Shown here: positions 35,567 through 47,335 of the stretch, piece after piece
Numbering within the stretch: position 1 is the first letter of the stretch
Layout of the letters: each line of letters starts with the position of its first letter
From: Vicugna vicugna
Lineage: Eukaryota
Assembly: GCA_013265495.1 (NCBI GenBank)
Contig: MU061538.1
Location: 2,510,865-2,574,864, forward strand
Reading direction: 5' to 3'
Length of the DNA stretch: 64,000 nt
The notes under the pieces: model-generated
Databases searched by the model: none
Told to the model about the DNA's origin: nothing
Seen by the model: only the letters and a program-made list of their open reading frames with translations
Translations under genes and position numbers: made by a program

Positions 35567-35898
35567 TTTTTTGTTTTTTTTAATTGAAGTATAGTCGGTT
35601 ACAATGTGTCAGTTTCTGGTAGGAGCACTATTTACAACAGCCAAGACATGGAAGCAACCAAAGTGTCCACCAACAGAGGACTGGATAAACAAGTTGTGGT
35701 GTATTTATACAATGGAATACTATTCAGCCATAAAAACCAATAAAATAACGCCATCTGCAGCAACATGGATGGACCTAGAGACGGTCATTCTAAGTGAAGT
35801 AAGAAGTAAGCCAGAAAGAGAAAGAAAAATACCATGTGATATCACTCATATGTGGAATTAAAAAAAAGAAAGAAAGAAAAAAAGAGGATACTAATGGA
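35567..35898. mobile_element. Inverted, 5'-truncated L1 with candidate TSD
   Basis: PolyT and L1 terminus on - (to ~35620) joined to a + L1 segment. Flanks are ccacgacacagtt and ccatgacacaatt. Confidence 0.85.
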
Positions 35899-36129
35899 CC
35901 ATGACACAATTCTGCAAAGAAAATGGAAAAGGGCAGGACTGAAATGCTGCCAGAGCTGGGGATGGAAGGGAACATGTTGAGCCTGGATTGAAGCTTTTCA
36001 TGCTGCATGGATGTGCTGTGAGGTGGAAGTGCAGGGATCCAGCGGGGGTCCCTGCTGAGGGGAGGGGACGGCTGGACTCTTGCCCCAGCTCAGCACGAGG
36101 GTTTACTTAACCACCCGAGGACATTTCCT

Positions 36130-36630
36130 TTTTCTTTCTTCCTTCCTTTCTTTCTTTTTTTTTAAAACAATTTTTATTGATTTATAATCATTTTACAATG
36201 TTGTGTCAAATTCCAGTGTAGAGCACAATTTTTCAGTTACACATGAACATATATATATTTATTGTCACATTCCTTTCTCTGTGAGCTACCATAAGATCTT
36301 ATATATATTTCCCTGTGCTATACAGTATAATCTTGTTTATCTATTCTACAATTTTGAAATCCCGTCTATCCCTTCCCACCCTCCGCCCCCTTGGCAACCA
36401 CAAGTTTGTATTCTATGTCTATGAGTCTATTTCTCTTCTGTATTTATGCTTTTTTTTTCTTTTTAGATTCCACATATGAGCGGTCTCATATGGTATTTTT
36501 CTATCTCTTTCTGGCTTACTTCACTTAGAATGACATTCTCCAGGAGCATCCATGTTGCTGCAAATGGCGTTATGTTGTCGGTTTTTATGACTGAGTAGTA
36601 TTCCATTGTATAAATATACCACATCTTCTT
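36130..36630 (-). mobile_element. Younger L1 3' end
   Basis: ttttattgatttataatcattttacaatgttgtgtc...cttacttcacttagaatg. Confidence 0.9.
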
Positions 36631-37165
36631 TTTAAAAATAGATTTACTTTATTTTTTAGAGCAATCTTAGATTCATAGCAAAATTGAGTGGAAAGCACAG
36701 AGATCTCCCATGTACCTGCTGCCCCCTCCCCACAGGCACAGCCTCCCCTCTTATCAACATCCACCACCAGCACTGGCACATTTGCTACAACTGGTGACCC
36801 CACCCTGACACGTTTTGTCACCCAGAGCCCACAGCTAACCTTGTGATTCACTCTTACAGTCTGTGGATTTGGATGGATTTATAATGACATGGGTCCACCA
36901 TTACAGTACCACACAGACTAGTTTCACTGCCCTAAAAATCCTGTGTTCGCCTCTACGTCCCTCCCTCCCCTCTCGCCCTGGGAACCACCATCCTTCTGTT
37001 GGTGCCACAGCTTTGCCTGGATGTCATGCAGCTGGGAGCACCCAGCACGGAGCCTTTCAGGTCAGCTTCTCCCACTCAGTCATGTGCCCCTGAACTCCCT
37101 CCATGTCTTCTCATGGCTCAATGGCTCATTTCTTTCTAAGGTTCCAAAATATTCCATGGTCCAGA
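36630..37165 (-). mobile_element. L1MB-like 3' end
   Basis: agattcatagcaaaattgagtggaaagcacagagatctccc...tttcactgccctaaaaatcctg. Confidence 0.8.
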
Positions 37166-37499
37166 TGGACCCCCACTCTCTTCACACATAAAATGAGGAT
37201 ATCTTCAACTTTGTCGACCTCATGTGAGTTTTTTTGTGAAATAAAAGAGATAAACAATACAAAAACACTGTAACTTCCAAACAGAAGGACAGTCCTTAGA
37301 GGGACCTGTGGGCCTGCCCTCTGTACACCCGGTGGGGGGGCTTCGTTCCCCTGATTCTGCAGCACAGAGCGTGCCGACAGCTGAGTTCCCCATAAGCCAT
37401 CTCACTCGCACCTCTGTGCAAGCGCGCAGGGCTACAAACACACGTCAGCAGCAAAATGAGCTCCGCACAGGTTTGCGGGGATGGTACCGCCCCTTGCGT

Positions 37500-38130
37500 A
37501 AGGAGCAGCTGTCGCAGCCCTGCCTCTCGGGGAGCCTGTCCACAGGGTCTCTTCTCACGCAGAATGAGCTGTCCCCAGGGCGTCTACACCCCTGAGCGCC
37601 TCCCGTCCGGGGTCCACGGGGATACTAGTTGCGAGTACCACGCGCTGGGTTCACGGTGCGACGCCGGAGCACTGCCATCCTAAAGAGCACTCTATAAAAT
37701 TAGGATGCACAAGGACGCACTCTGGAATTCTCCGCGCATCCTTGTCACTTAGAGACGCACACGGATCCTGCCAGCCTCCTGCCAGTGACAGCACAGAGCT
37801 GAGTTCCAGAGCATTAAAGCAGGAGCAGGCATCATCCGATCTGTTGTTGGATTCCTCTCCCGAATTACACAGGGGGTTTGGCCAGGCTTTACTGCAGTTG
37901 TGTTCGATTGTTTCCTGGGACAACTTCAGCCTTGCGTCTGTCAGAGCTGCCATGATCTCTTTATAATGCTGTTAATTTCACGCACCAGTGTTTCACGGTT
38001 GGAATCAGCGACACCAGAAACACACGGTCGCACTCGGGTGGCCAGTGGGAAACGGGGCGGTGATTCGGGTGACCGTGCCGCTGCGCTCAGGGTGCGTCGT
38101 GACCGAGGGCTGTGAGCTCCGCAGAGCGCG
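37500..38130 (-). mobile_element. Candidate Penelope-like element relic (RT thumb, linker, GIY-YIG start)
   Basis: Ordered motifs across frameshifts: DRVFLV (38029-38012), EINSIIKRSWQL (37979-37944), KAWPN, CSC, CAS/NFIECSLGWQC (37701-37669). Confidence 0.4.
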
Positions 38131-38399
38131 TGGCTACAAGTTTGACGTTAGACGGTCTCAGTCAGCGCATTTCCTTTTTCACCTCATGAAGTGGTTTTCA
38201 CTCTATGAAGCGTTGACTCAGCTGTGTTTCTTGGTATAAAATTCAGGACTTGAAATTTAAGTGAAGTTGTGAAATTGCCCAGCAACACTGTTGGCCTGTA
38301 ATTTGGTCCTGATTTTGGTAAACAAACATCCCCCTGTTTTAATAGAATTCCAAACAGAAGACAATTACTGACATGGCTGTTTTTCCTCCACCACGGGCC

Positions 38400-38855
38400 A
38401 CAGGTTGAATTGTGTCCCTGCCAAAAAAACCTGTACGTCAGAGTCCTGGCCCCAGTACCTTGGAACGGGACTTTACCTGGAGACAAGGACCCCACAGAAG
38501 TGTGAGTTAAAACGAGGCTGGTAGGGCGGACCCTGATACAACATGACTTGGTGTCCTTACAAAAAAGGCGGACTTGGACACAGAGATTTGGGACACAGGG
38601 GAAAGGTCATGTGAAGAGGAAGGCAGAGACTAGCTGAGGCTTCTGGAAGCCAAAGAACACCAGAGATGCCAGCAAAGCCCCAGAGCTAGGAAGAGCCTGG
38701 AGCAGCCCCTCCCTGACAGGCCTCCTCGGGAGCCAGCCCTGCCGACCCGTGACCTGGGACCTCCCGCCTCCAGGGGCGGGCCGTGCGTTTCTGCCGCCGG
38801 GACCCCGGGCTGCGGTGCTCCGTTACGGCGGCCCAGGTCTGCGAACGCCCTAGCC
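38400..38855 (+). mobile_element. MLT1 (MaLR) LTR
   Basis: ggttgaattgtgtccctgccaaaa...tgtccttacaaaaaaggcggacttggacacagaga...gaagccaaagaacacc. Confidence 0.85.
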
Positions 38856-39019
38856 GGGCCCGGCCTCTCACAGGAGAGCCCACGGGAGGCGCGCCCCCGC
38901 TCTGCTGCCTCCCCGCCTCGCCGCTGAGCGCGGGCCTGCGCTGCCTCCCGGCCTCCGCACAGCCTCTTCCCTCTGCCGCCAGTGCCCCGAAGTTCTTGCT
39001 GCTTCTTTACGACTGTTAC

Positions 39020-39500
39020 TCACTTGTTCACTTACCGCGGCCCAGTCTGTTGACAACGTGTGTTAGTTTCTGGTGTACAGCAGAGCGATTCAGTTCTACA
39101 CACGCACACACATACATATTCCTTTTCATATTCTCTTCCAGTATTGTTATTACAAGACATTGAGCATAGTTCCCTATCTTATACAGTAGGACCTTGTTGT
39201 TTGTCTATTTTATGTACAGAAGTGTGTATCTGCTAACTCCTAATTTATCGCACCCCACCCTCTTTCCCCTCCTGGTAACCATAAGTTTGTTTTTTATATC
39301 TGTGAGTCTGTCTCGGTTTTGTAAACAAGCTCATTTCTGTCCTCTTTTTCTTTTTTTAAAGATTCCATGTATGAGTGAGAGCATATAGTATTTGTCTTTC
39401 TCTTTCTGGCTTACTTCACTTAGTTTGACGATCTCCAGGTCCATCCGTATTGCTGCAGATGGCATTATTTCATTCTTTTTTATGGCTGAGTAGTACTCCA
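39020..39500 (-). mobile_element. L1 3' end
   Basis: ORF track gives [37 protein letters not shown]. Confidence 0.9.
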
Positions 39501-39801
39501 AGTTCTCAGCTGCTTCTTCACCTCTTTTAGAATTTAGTGTAGTGACCAAGTGCATTGCATTAGTACCTTCTAGAAACACGATCCAATTACTAGCTAAGAA
39601 CTTTATTCATAGCTTTTTCCTACCTAATATTTTTAGCTATCCTAAAGTGAAAGAGATGGACCCATTAATCTCTTGCGCTTTCAAAAATCTGAAGAAACGG
39701 ATTTCATCTTAAATAAAGCTCGATGCTGCTAAGTTCCTGAAGTTCTCCAGATTTGCCTTCTTGTCTATTTGGTTTTTAAAAAATTTTTTCTATTTCTTTA
39801 A

Positions 39802-39925
39802 TTTTTTTTTTTGAGGAGGGCGTGATTAGGTTTATTTATTCATCTGTGTAACAGCAGCACCGGGGATTGGGCTCAGGGCCTCGTGCATGCTGAGCACGTG
39901 CTCCACCCCGAGCTCTGCCCCCTCC
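39802..39925 (-). mobile_element. vic-1-type tRNA-derived SINE (camelid)
   Basis: Reverse complement ggagggggcagagctcggggtggagcacgtgctcagcatgcacgaggccctgagcccaatcccc...aataaataaacctaatcac, then polyA. Confidence 0.8.
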
Positions 39926-42900
39926 TGCCTTGTCTGTTGTGCAGACTCACCGGAGGGTGCTCGTGGGCTCTCTTACAAGGCAGTAAACCCCCAGTATTGA
40001 TGCTGTGTTCTCAGTGTTCTCCGCTTGGGCGCTGGCCTGTTTCTCCCCAACTCTTCCTTTCAAGGACCACCTCAATATCCACTGTCTTTCTAGAAGTTTC
40101 TCCCATACTAATCTACACCATGCCAGGCCTTCTCTTGCCTTCCACTTCCTTAACACCTTCACACGTAGTGGCCACAGGCGCCTGGGCCTCCTTCGAGGTC
40201 CCTGTACGGTGCCTGCACGTCGCTACAATTTCCAGTCGTGCCGGGGCCAGGCGCGGAGGGCCCAGGCCGCCGGCTGGAATGCACACCCTCCGCGCGCAGG
40301 ACTGCCCCCCACCCCCGTCACTCCTCAGAGCGCCCGCGCAGCGCTCAGCGCGGAGGAGAGACTCGAGGTGTTTTTCACTGACGGCATTTAAAAAAATTGG
40401 AGCATTTTTACTTCAAGGCTTTTTGTAATTTGGGTCAAATGCCCTTTTCCTTTTCATGGCTAAAGTGGATCCTGATCCCGGGAGAAGTCAGTCCAGTCAT
40501 TCTGAACGGGAGATGGGGGTTTCTAGGTACAAAGGAAACGCTCCGAAGTGCAGACTCCACTCGGATGTCAGAACATATTAGACAGAATGAGGTAAATGAA
40601 GGTGCAGCCTCCTCTGCAAATACAGGCCATCCTCGCCCCTGCCTGCCTTGTGCTTCCTCTGCTGAGGGACCCAGGGGAGACGAGAGCTTTCTCGCTCAGC
40701 AAGTTAGAGGAGCTGCCGCCCGCCTCCTCTGCGCCATCCTGGAGAGCGCCGCCTCGCTGCAGCGGCGGGCAGAGGGTCTCTTCAGCCAGCATCACAATCA
40801 TTATGATTAACTTTATAGAAGTTGGGTATGGTTGAGAATCCTAGACTGGGCGGTCTTTAATAAATGATCTAATTCACTCTCTGTACAGGTGGATCAGGGC
40901 GGGAGAGTTCCAGCAATTTCCCAAAGTCAAAATTTCCAAACAGTGTTTGGAAGGGGGACACGGGGTTTCAGGTCCAGGACTCTGTCCCTATAGCACACTT
41001 GGGGTTGGGGATGCCAGGAGGAAGCAAAAGAAGACGGGGCAGAGCGGAGCGCGGAGGAGGAAGGAAGAGGCAGCAGGGAAAGAAATGAAGCTGAGCGAGA
41101 GGGTGGGGCGGGCAGGACGAGCAGAGAGCCAAGGAGGGCGCGACCCCGCCCAGCACCCTGCACTCACCTGTGTGGGAGCAACGTCCCTGATTACACGTCT
41201 GTTTTACGAGTCATCAACACCAAGCCAAAGCTTGAACACCATGCCACAAGGTATCAGTTACACCACTGGGGGTTGAAAGCACGAACACTGTTCCCTTACA
41301 AGCATGTCCTGTCCGTGACCTGGGTCTGGGAGCCCAGTCTGAGCACCCACAGGGCGTGGGGCCTCTATCCACGACGCCTATTCAGAGAGCGGGGAACGAT
41401 CTAACGTCCGGGCAGGGTGCTGACCTGGTCTAGGTCACACGTGGAATCCCACGTGAAATCCACAGAGCCACCTCGCCCCGTTTTCTTAGTCTGAGACCCC
41501 CCATTGCTACGTTCAGTACTGTGGTAGGTGCTGCGGGGTGAGGGCAGGGCGGGTAGCCACGATGATACATTCTGTTCCTTTAGGATACTTCAAATGAGGA
41601 ACCAGATATGCAAATTAAGGAAGTCAAATAAAATGCAGGAGTGGGGATCATAAAAAAAGTCGGCCATAAGTGAACGGGGGGGACTGGCCAAGACAATCAG
41701 AATGTTGACTGTTTTATACAGTGAATTTTCAAGCAATAAACCCATACTCTGATATAGTAAAATAAAAAAAGAGTGGGTATCAGTAACATGTCAAAGAATC
41801 AGAGGCAGCAGGCGCTGTGGGAAGCCAGCGTCACAAGCAGCATCAGCCAGAGATGTCCCGGGTGGGCAGGAAACGGCTGCTGCCTCAAGGGAACTGACCG
41901 GCTTCCGGTCACCCATTCATTCAGTGTTTACACGGCGGACACGGCGGACACGGCGGGGCAGGAGACCAAGGACACACAGTGAGTAAGACACACTGCCTGC
42001 CTTCAGCCTGAGTCTAGCAGGGGGTACAGACGGACAGACGCACAGACACATGAGTAATCAGTCATGCAGCTCTAGGAACAGATGCGTATGTGGGCACGAG
42101 ACACGTGACGGCTGAGCTCTGGTCCAATGCTGTCACAGCATGGAAAATCTCCACCCATAATCCACCGAGCTGTCCTTCCTGATGTGTGGGCTTCCCACGC
42201 GAAAGGACCACCTAGACTAGGGGAGCCACGGGAATAACGTGACTCCTGGAGTAATCCTTCGGTTAAACGGAGGATCAGAATCCTTTGCCTTGGAAGGCTG
42301 GGGCTCCGTCTCCATCCTGCTCTTCCCCGAGGTGCCTGACTTCGTACAGGGCACGTTTCCTTGCTGAGAGCTCCTCACGGCCCTCCTTCCTGCGTGGAGG
42401 CTGCTTTAAGGTGCAGCTCACACACACATCGTACAATCAGGGTGTTAGCAGCCACTGAACTGCTTGTTCTCACCACAATTCCAGAGCATGATACAACTGT
42501 GAACAGTGCCGCTAACTCGCTGGCTCAGACACGGTGTGTGGGGCTTGAGCCCATGATCAAATGACAGTGAGAGGGTTGCTCTTCCTCTGCTTGAGGCCCC
42601 CGGCCCCCCAGGACCAAGGACAGAGCTGCACACTGGGAGGACACTCGAGCTCTGGTTGACCGACGCCTGAGGTGCAGCCAGGAGCACCCCTCCAACTCCA
42701 GAGCAGGCGCAAAGCCTGGGGCTCGGAGGCAAAAGCCCCTTCTTCCGAGCAAGGGGTCCATTTTTTGTTTGTTTTCCATTTAGACGTATATCTGTGGCCA
42801 CCAGGGTCCAAGAGGGGTTGTGTGACTTTTTTTTAAAATGTCATGTCCTAAGATTCTGAACAAACAGCTTGCCAAAGCTGACAGTCGCTCATCCAGCATC

Positions 42901-44549
42901 TAAGTGAGGTCGATTCACAATTCTAGCAGCACAGTGAATGCGCACAACCTAATTTTTAAAGTGAAGTCTCATACGTTTGGCTTTTCAAGGGTTCGGAGCA
43001 AAGACAATACGCCCCGTGACCCCAGGAAGGCAGCCTTCCTGCAGCAGGAGTGACGACAATGCCGAACGCACCATCGGTCAGTCAGGACGAGCGCTGCTCT
43101 GCCACGTAAAGCAGGACCTAGCCGGACCGAGCTACCGCCCGCGAGGCCCACAGAGCGCGGGACCCCACGCTCGCGCCAGAGGGAAACGCAGCCGCGGGCA
43201 GAGGAACGGGGGTTACTCTGCAGTGAGGCGCCCCACAGTCACCACCCCGCTGACACAGTGTCACGCAATCGGCTCAGGGCACTGGAAAAGCTAAATGCGT
43301 CCGCAGCGCCCTCGCCCGCCCTCCCCGCTCTTCTCATTGCTGGAGCCTGAAGAACACCCCTGAGGTGAGGGGTGCCTTTCGTCTCTTATTTCAGCGCCTG
43401 CCCGTCAGCCTATCTGGGGGGCCCGACCGGGAAGCCAGGAGCAGCCCCTGCCCCTGAAACCGTGTTCAGGGTGGTTGGTGGGGTGAAGACGGGCGGGGAG
43501 GCAGCTGTGCGCATTACCGAGGCTGTGTTTGCTTTGTTTTGTGCTCATTTCTTGGGTCCTGCACCCATCACTGTTGTGTGACGAGTGCCACTGACTATGG
43601 TTACCCTCCGTGTGGAGGCTGTCGTGTCGGCCTGGGACGTGGCAGGAAGTCGATAAATACTTATTAACAGAACGGAATTTTTGGTCTGAGTTAAAAAAAA
43701 AGTGCCTGCCTCATTAGTAAATAAAGGCCTACTTGCCAAACTTGGCTTTTCCGTTTTAGATGAAAACATACCATGAAATATACCCTTTGTTTACCATACA
43801 TTTGAATGTTGCGCTACCCGTAGGTTCTAAAAAGGAACTTGAATGATGTTCAAGCTTGCATGAGATGTAAAAACACACACACACACACGGCCTTAGGAAA
43901 TGATAAAGATGTAATGTTTGATCAATAAAAACAGAACGGAACCTGGTATTCTGTTCCCAGGGAACGTGCTCCTTGCAGGACGGTCTGCTTCACGTCGGCT
44001 TTGCCACACCTCTGCCCCATGCGCTTTCTTGGAAGCGGCCTGGTTGCTGGGACACCACTGGACAATGTGAACCGTCCTGCCAAACAAGTGGCAGCCCCAG
44101 CTGTCACTGGGGACTCAACTGCACTGCTTTGCACATCTTATTTTCATAAGCCCATGGCACCTGAGAGCCGAAAAGGCTGTGTTTATTCAAATCGTGGGGC
44201 AGGGGAAGCTGCAGGAAGCATGACCCTCCTCGGTCCTGTCCTCCTCCTCTGCACACCCTCCCACCCTTGGGCCTCAGTTTACATGAGAAGACAAGGCGAC
44301 CCGGTAGGATGAGACTTAAGCCAGGATGAAAGCTCGCTCATGTGGTCGCTCACTCACTTAGTGAGTGACTGCAGTCATTAATTTGGATGCTTAGTAAGGC
44401 GGATCAAGGATCACTAAGCTGCTAGGAGTCTGGACACTCACTCAGCTGGCCAAGGGAAAGTTGAAGGATGTTTGAGAGCCGTCTTCAAATGTCTGAGGGT
44501 CATCTAGTGATGACGGAGAAGAAACTGTATTCAGTGTTGCTCTGAAACT

Positions 44550-44745
44550 GAACTGTCTGATGGTAGCAACTAAGTACATGTGGCCAACTGGTAATTACAG
44601 TTAAATAAAATCACCAATTGAGCTCCTCAGTCACACCAGCCACATTTCATGTGCTCCACTGCCATGTGCGGGCAGCGGCCACCATCTTGGATAGTGCAAA
44701 TACAGCTCATTTCCATCACTGGGGAAAGTCCTACTGGCCACTGCT
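44550..44745. mobile_element. MER3/MER33-like hAT-Charlie element
   Basis: ctcctcagtcacaccagccacatttcatgtgctc...catttccatcactggggaaagtcctactgg. Confidence 0.75.
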
Positions 44746-44954
44746 GTGTCAAAGGTGGAACAAGATTCAGCAGATGGGAAATTCTACAAAGGAGACTTAA
44801 ATCCTCTATAAAACAACTTTGCAAAAATCAGAACTGTCCAGCCTGAGGAGAGGGGGGCCTACAAGGAAAGAACTAAGTAATGAGAGATAAGAAAGTTCCC
44901 TTCCAGAGAGTCTATACTAGACAGTGACTCCGACACCTGACAACGTCCCTTCAG

Positions 44955-46113
44955 TCTCAAAACCGTAAGACTCCTAGAGGGAACCGCAGGCAGAACACTC
45001 TGGGACGTGAATGGTAGCCGTATGTTTCGGATCTGTCTCCTAAGGCGAAGGAAACAAAAGCAAAAACAAACAAATGTGACCTAATTAACTTAAAAGCTTT
45101 TGCACAGCAAAGGGAACCATCAGCAAAATGAAAAGACAGCCTTGGATGGGAGAAAATATTTGCAAATGATATGACTGATCTCCAAAATACAAACAGCTCA
45201 TACAACTCAGTATCAAAAAATTCCTCACAACCCAATTAAAAAACGGGCAGAAGGCCTGAACAGACATTTTTCCAAGGAGGCCATGCAGACGGCCAACAAG
45301 CACATGAAGGAATGTCCAGCATCATAATTATCCGGGAAATGCAAACCAAACGCACGAGGTGCCACCTCACACCTGTCAGAATGGCTGTCACCAAAAGAAC
45401 ACGTGAGGACACAGAGGAAGGGGGCCTCCTGCACTGTGGGTAGGAGTGCAAACTGGCGCAGCCGTTGTGGAGAACGGTATGAAGGGTCCTCGGAAAACTG
45501 AAGACAGGACTGCCACCTGTCCCAGCAACTCCACGCCTGGGATTATCCAAAGGAAGCAGAACAATGCAAAAAGACCCCTGCGCCCCGGTGTTCACAGCAG
45601 CATCACTCACAGTTGCCAAGGTAAGGAAGCAGCTTAAGCGTCTATGAGAGGCTGACTGGATGCAGAAGACGCGCCGCACGAGCAATGGCGTGCTGTCCAG
45701 CCATGAGAAAGAGGGAGTCTGCCATTTGCAACAACGAGGATGGACTTGGAGGATACTATGCTCAGTGAAATAAGTCAGACAGAGATAGAAAAATACTGTG
45801 CAATGTCACTCATATGCAGAATCGAAAAAAATACAACGAACGAGTGAGTCTAACAAAAAAAGAAACAGGCACAGACGTAGAGAACAAACCAGCGGTGACC
45901 GGTGGGGGGGCCAAGACAGGGGTCGGGGATTAAGAGGTACAGACTGTTCTGCACAAGACAAGCCGCAGAGTTGTGCTGTACAACGCAGGGAATGAGGCCA
46001 GTATTTCATAGTAACTGTAACTGGAGTGTAACTTCAAAAATTGTGAATTGCTATAGCACACACCTTACGTGGCTTATGTAACACTGTACATCAACTACAC
46101 TTCAATTAAAAAA
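44955..46113 (+). mobile_element. L1 ORF2 3' part and 3'UTR
   Basis: acttaaaagcttttgcacagcaaagg...gaacagacatttttccaagg...acacttcaattaaaaaa. Confidence 0.92.
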
Positions 46114-47119
46114 TCCTGTGATTCTGCAAACCTAGAATAGTTAAAATCAGCACAGCAGCAGGACACATTCATGCTGAGAAAGGCAACGAAGGGACAGTTG
46201 GAAGGCAGCTGCTTAATAGGCGTCAGTTGATCATCCTAATCCAAGTAGAAGACGTCCTGGGACCAGGCAAAACTCTGAAACGAGTTCCCAAACAGCGACC
46301 AAAGCTGCTGTCTTGATCCCACCCACTCCCACCGCTCAACGAACGTCGAATGAAAATGCAGCCACAATAACCAATCGACCCAGGAGCAAGAGCGCCCCGG
46401 TGGCGCCAGAGGAAGGCGGGAGGAAGGGACACCTGCCGGCAGCTGTTTGCATCCAGGGTCTGTTTCTGTTGATAAACGGCTCTGAGAGGAGAGACTAATG
46501 CATCACCATTTAACAAGCCACCGGCTCCTGAACGGAGAAGCCGTTTGTCCACCAAGCGACCAGGTACCTGAGCGTGTGTCAGGGTCCAGGGGACAATAAA
46601 TCAGGGGCGATGACAGCTGCAGACACAAAGATAGGGTCCGTCCGAACTATGATTTTTAAATTACAATGACAATTTGATTTAATTTATAAAGCCATTTTGT
46701 TTTAGGAATACGTGCATTATTAATTCGGTGAGGTGCCGGAATGTTCGGTTTCAACAGAAAAGCTAGCTGTTTTATTGAGCTGAACGGTCTGAGTCTGAGG
46801 TAGACAGTTAGGCGGAGCCTGTCGGGCTGCCGTCCCAGAACAAGTCACAAGCTAATAAGGAGGCCAGAAAATTCTCAGTAACGAGAAACCCAGGGTGAGA
46901 AGGACTTCTCACTGCACCAGTGAAGGAAAAAGTTCATCTGAGGGCCGTGGAGACCCAAGGTGCACATCATACTCTGAGGGAAGACGCGGTAAACTGACAT
47001 CCCTTGCCCCTCGGAGGAATCACGAAGGAATCCCGGAGAACCGGCCTTTGATTACGAATGAAAACAGTCAAAGGAGCTCCGCCGCCAGCATCTTTCAGAG
47101 AAGCCACTTTTCTACATTC

Positions 47120-47335
47120 CTTTTTTTTTTTTTTCAATCGATGTACCGTCATTTACAATGTGTCAGTTTCTGGTGCACAGCACAGTGTCCCAGTCATGCA
47201 TATACACATACGTATTCACTTCCATATTCTTTTTCATTAAAGGTTATTACAAGATATTGAATATAGTTCTCTGTGCTGTACAGAAGAAATTTGAGTTTTT
47301 AAAATCTGTTTTTATATATAGTGGCTAACATTTCT
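47120..47335 (-). mobile_element. Short L1 3' end
   Basis: PolyT followed by tttacaatgtgtcagtttctggtgcacagca. Confidence 0.85.

Noticed and set aside
39850..39925. tRNA-like sequence
   Set aside because: Degenerate boxes plus an AT-rich tail and polyA mark it as a SINE, not a tRNA gene.
46390..46410. CTCF-like gcgccccggtggcg
   Set aside because: Core spacing is two bases short of the consensus.
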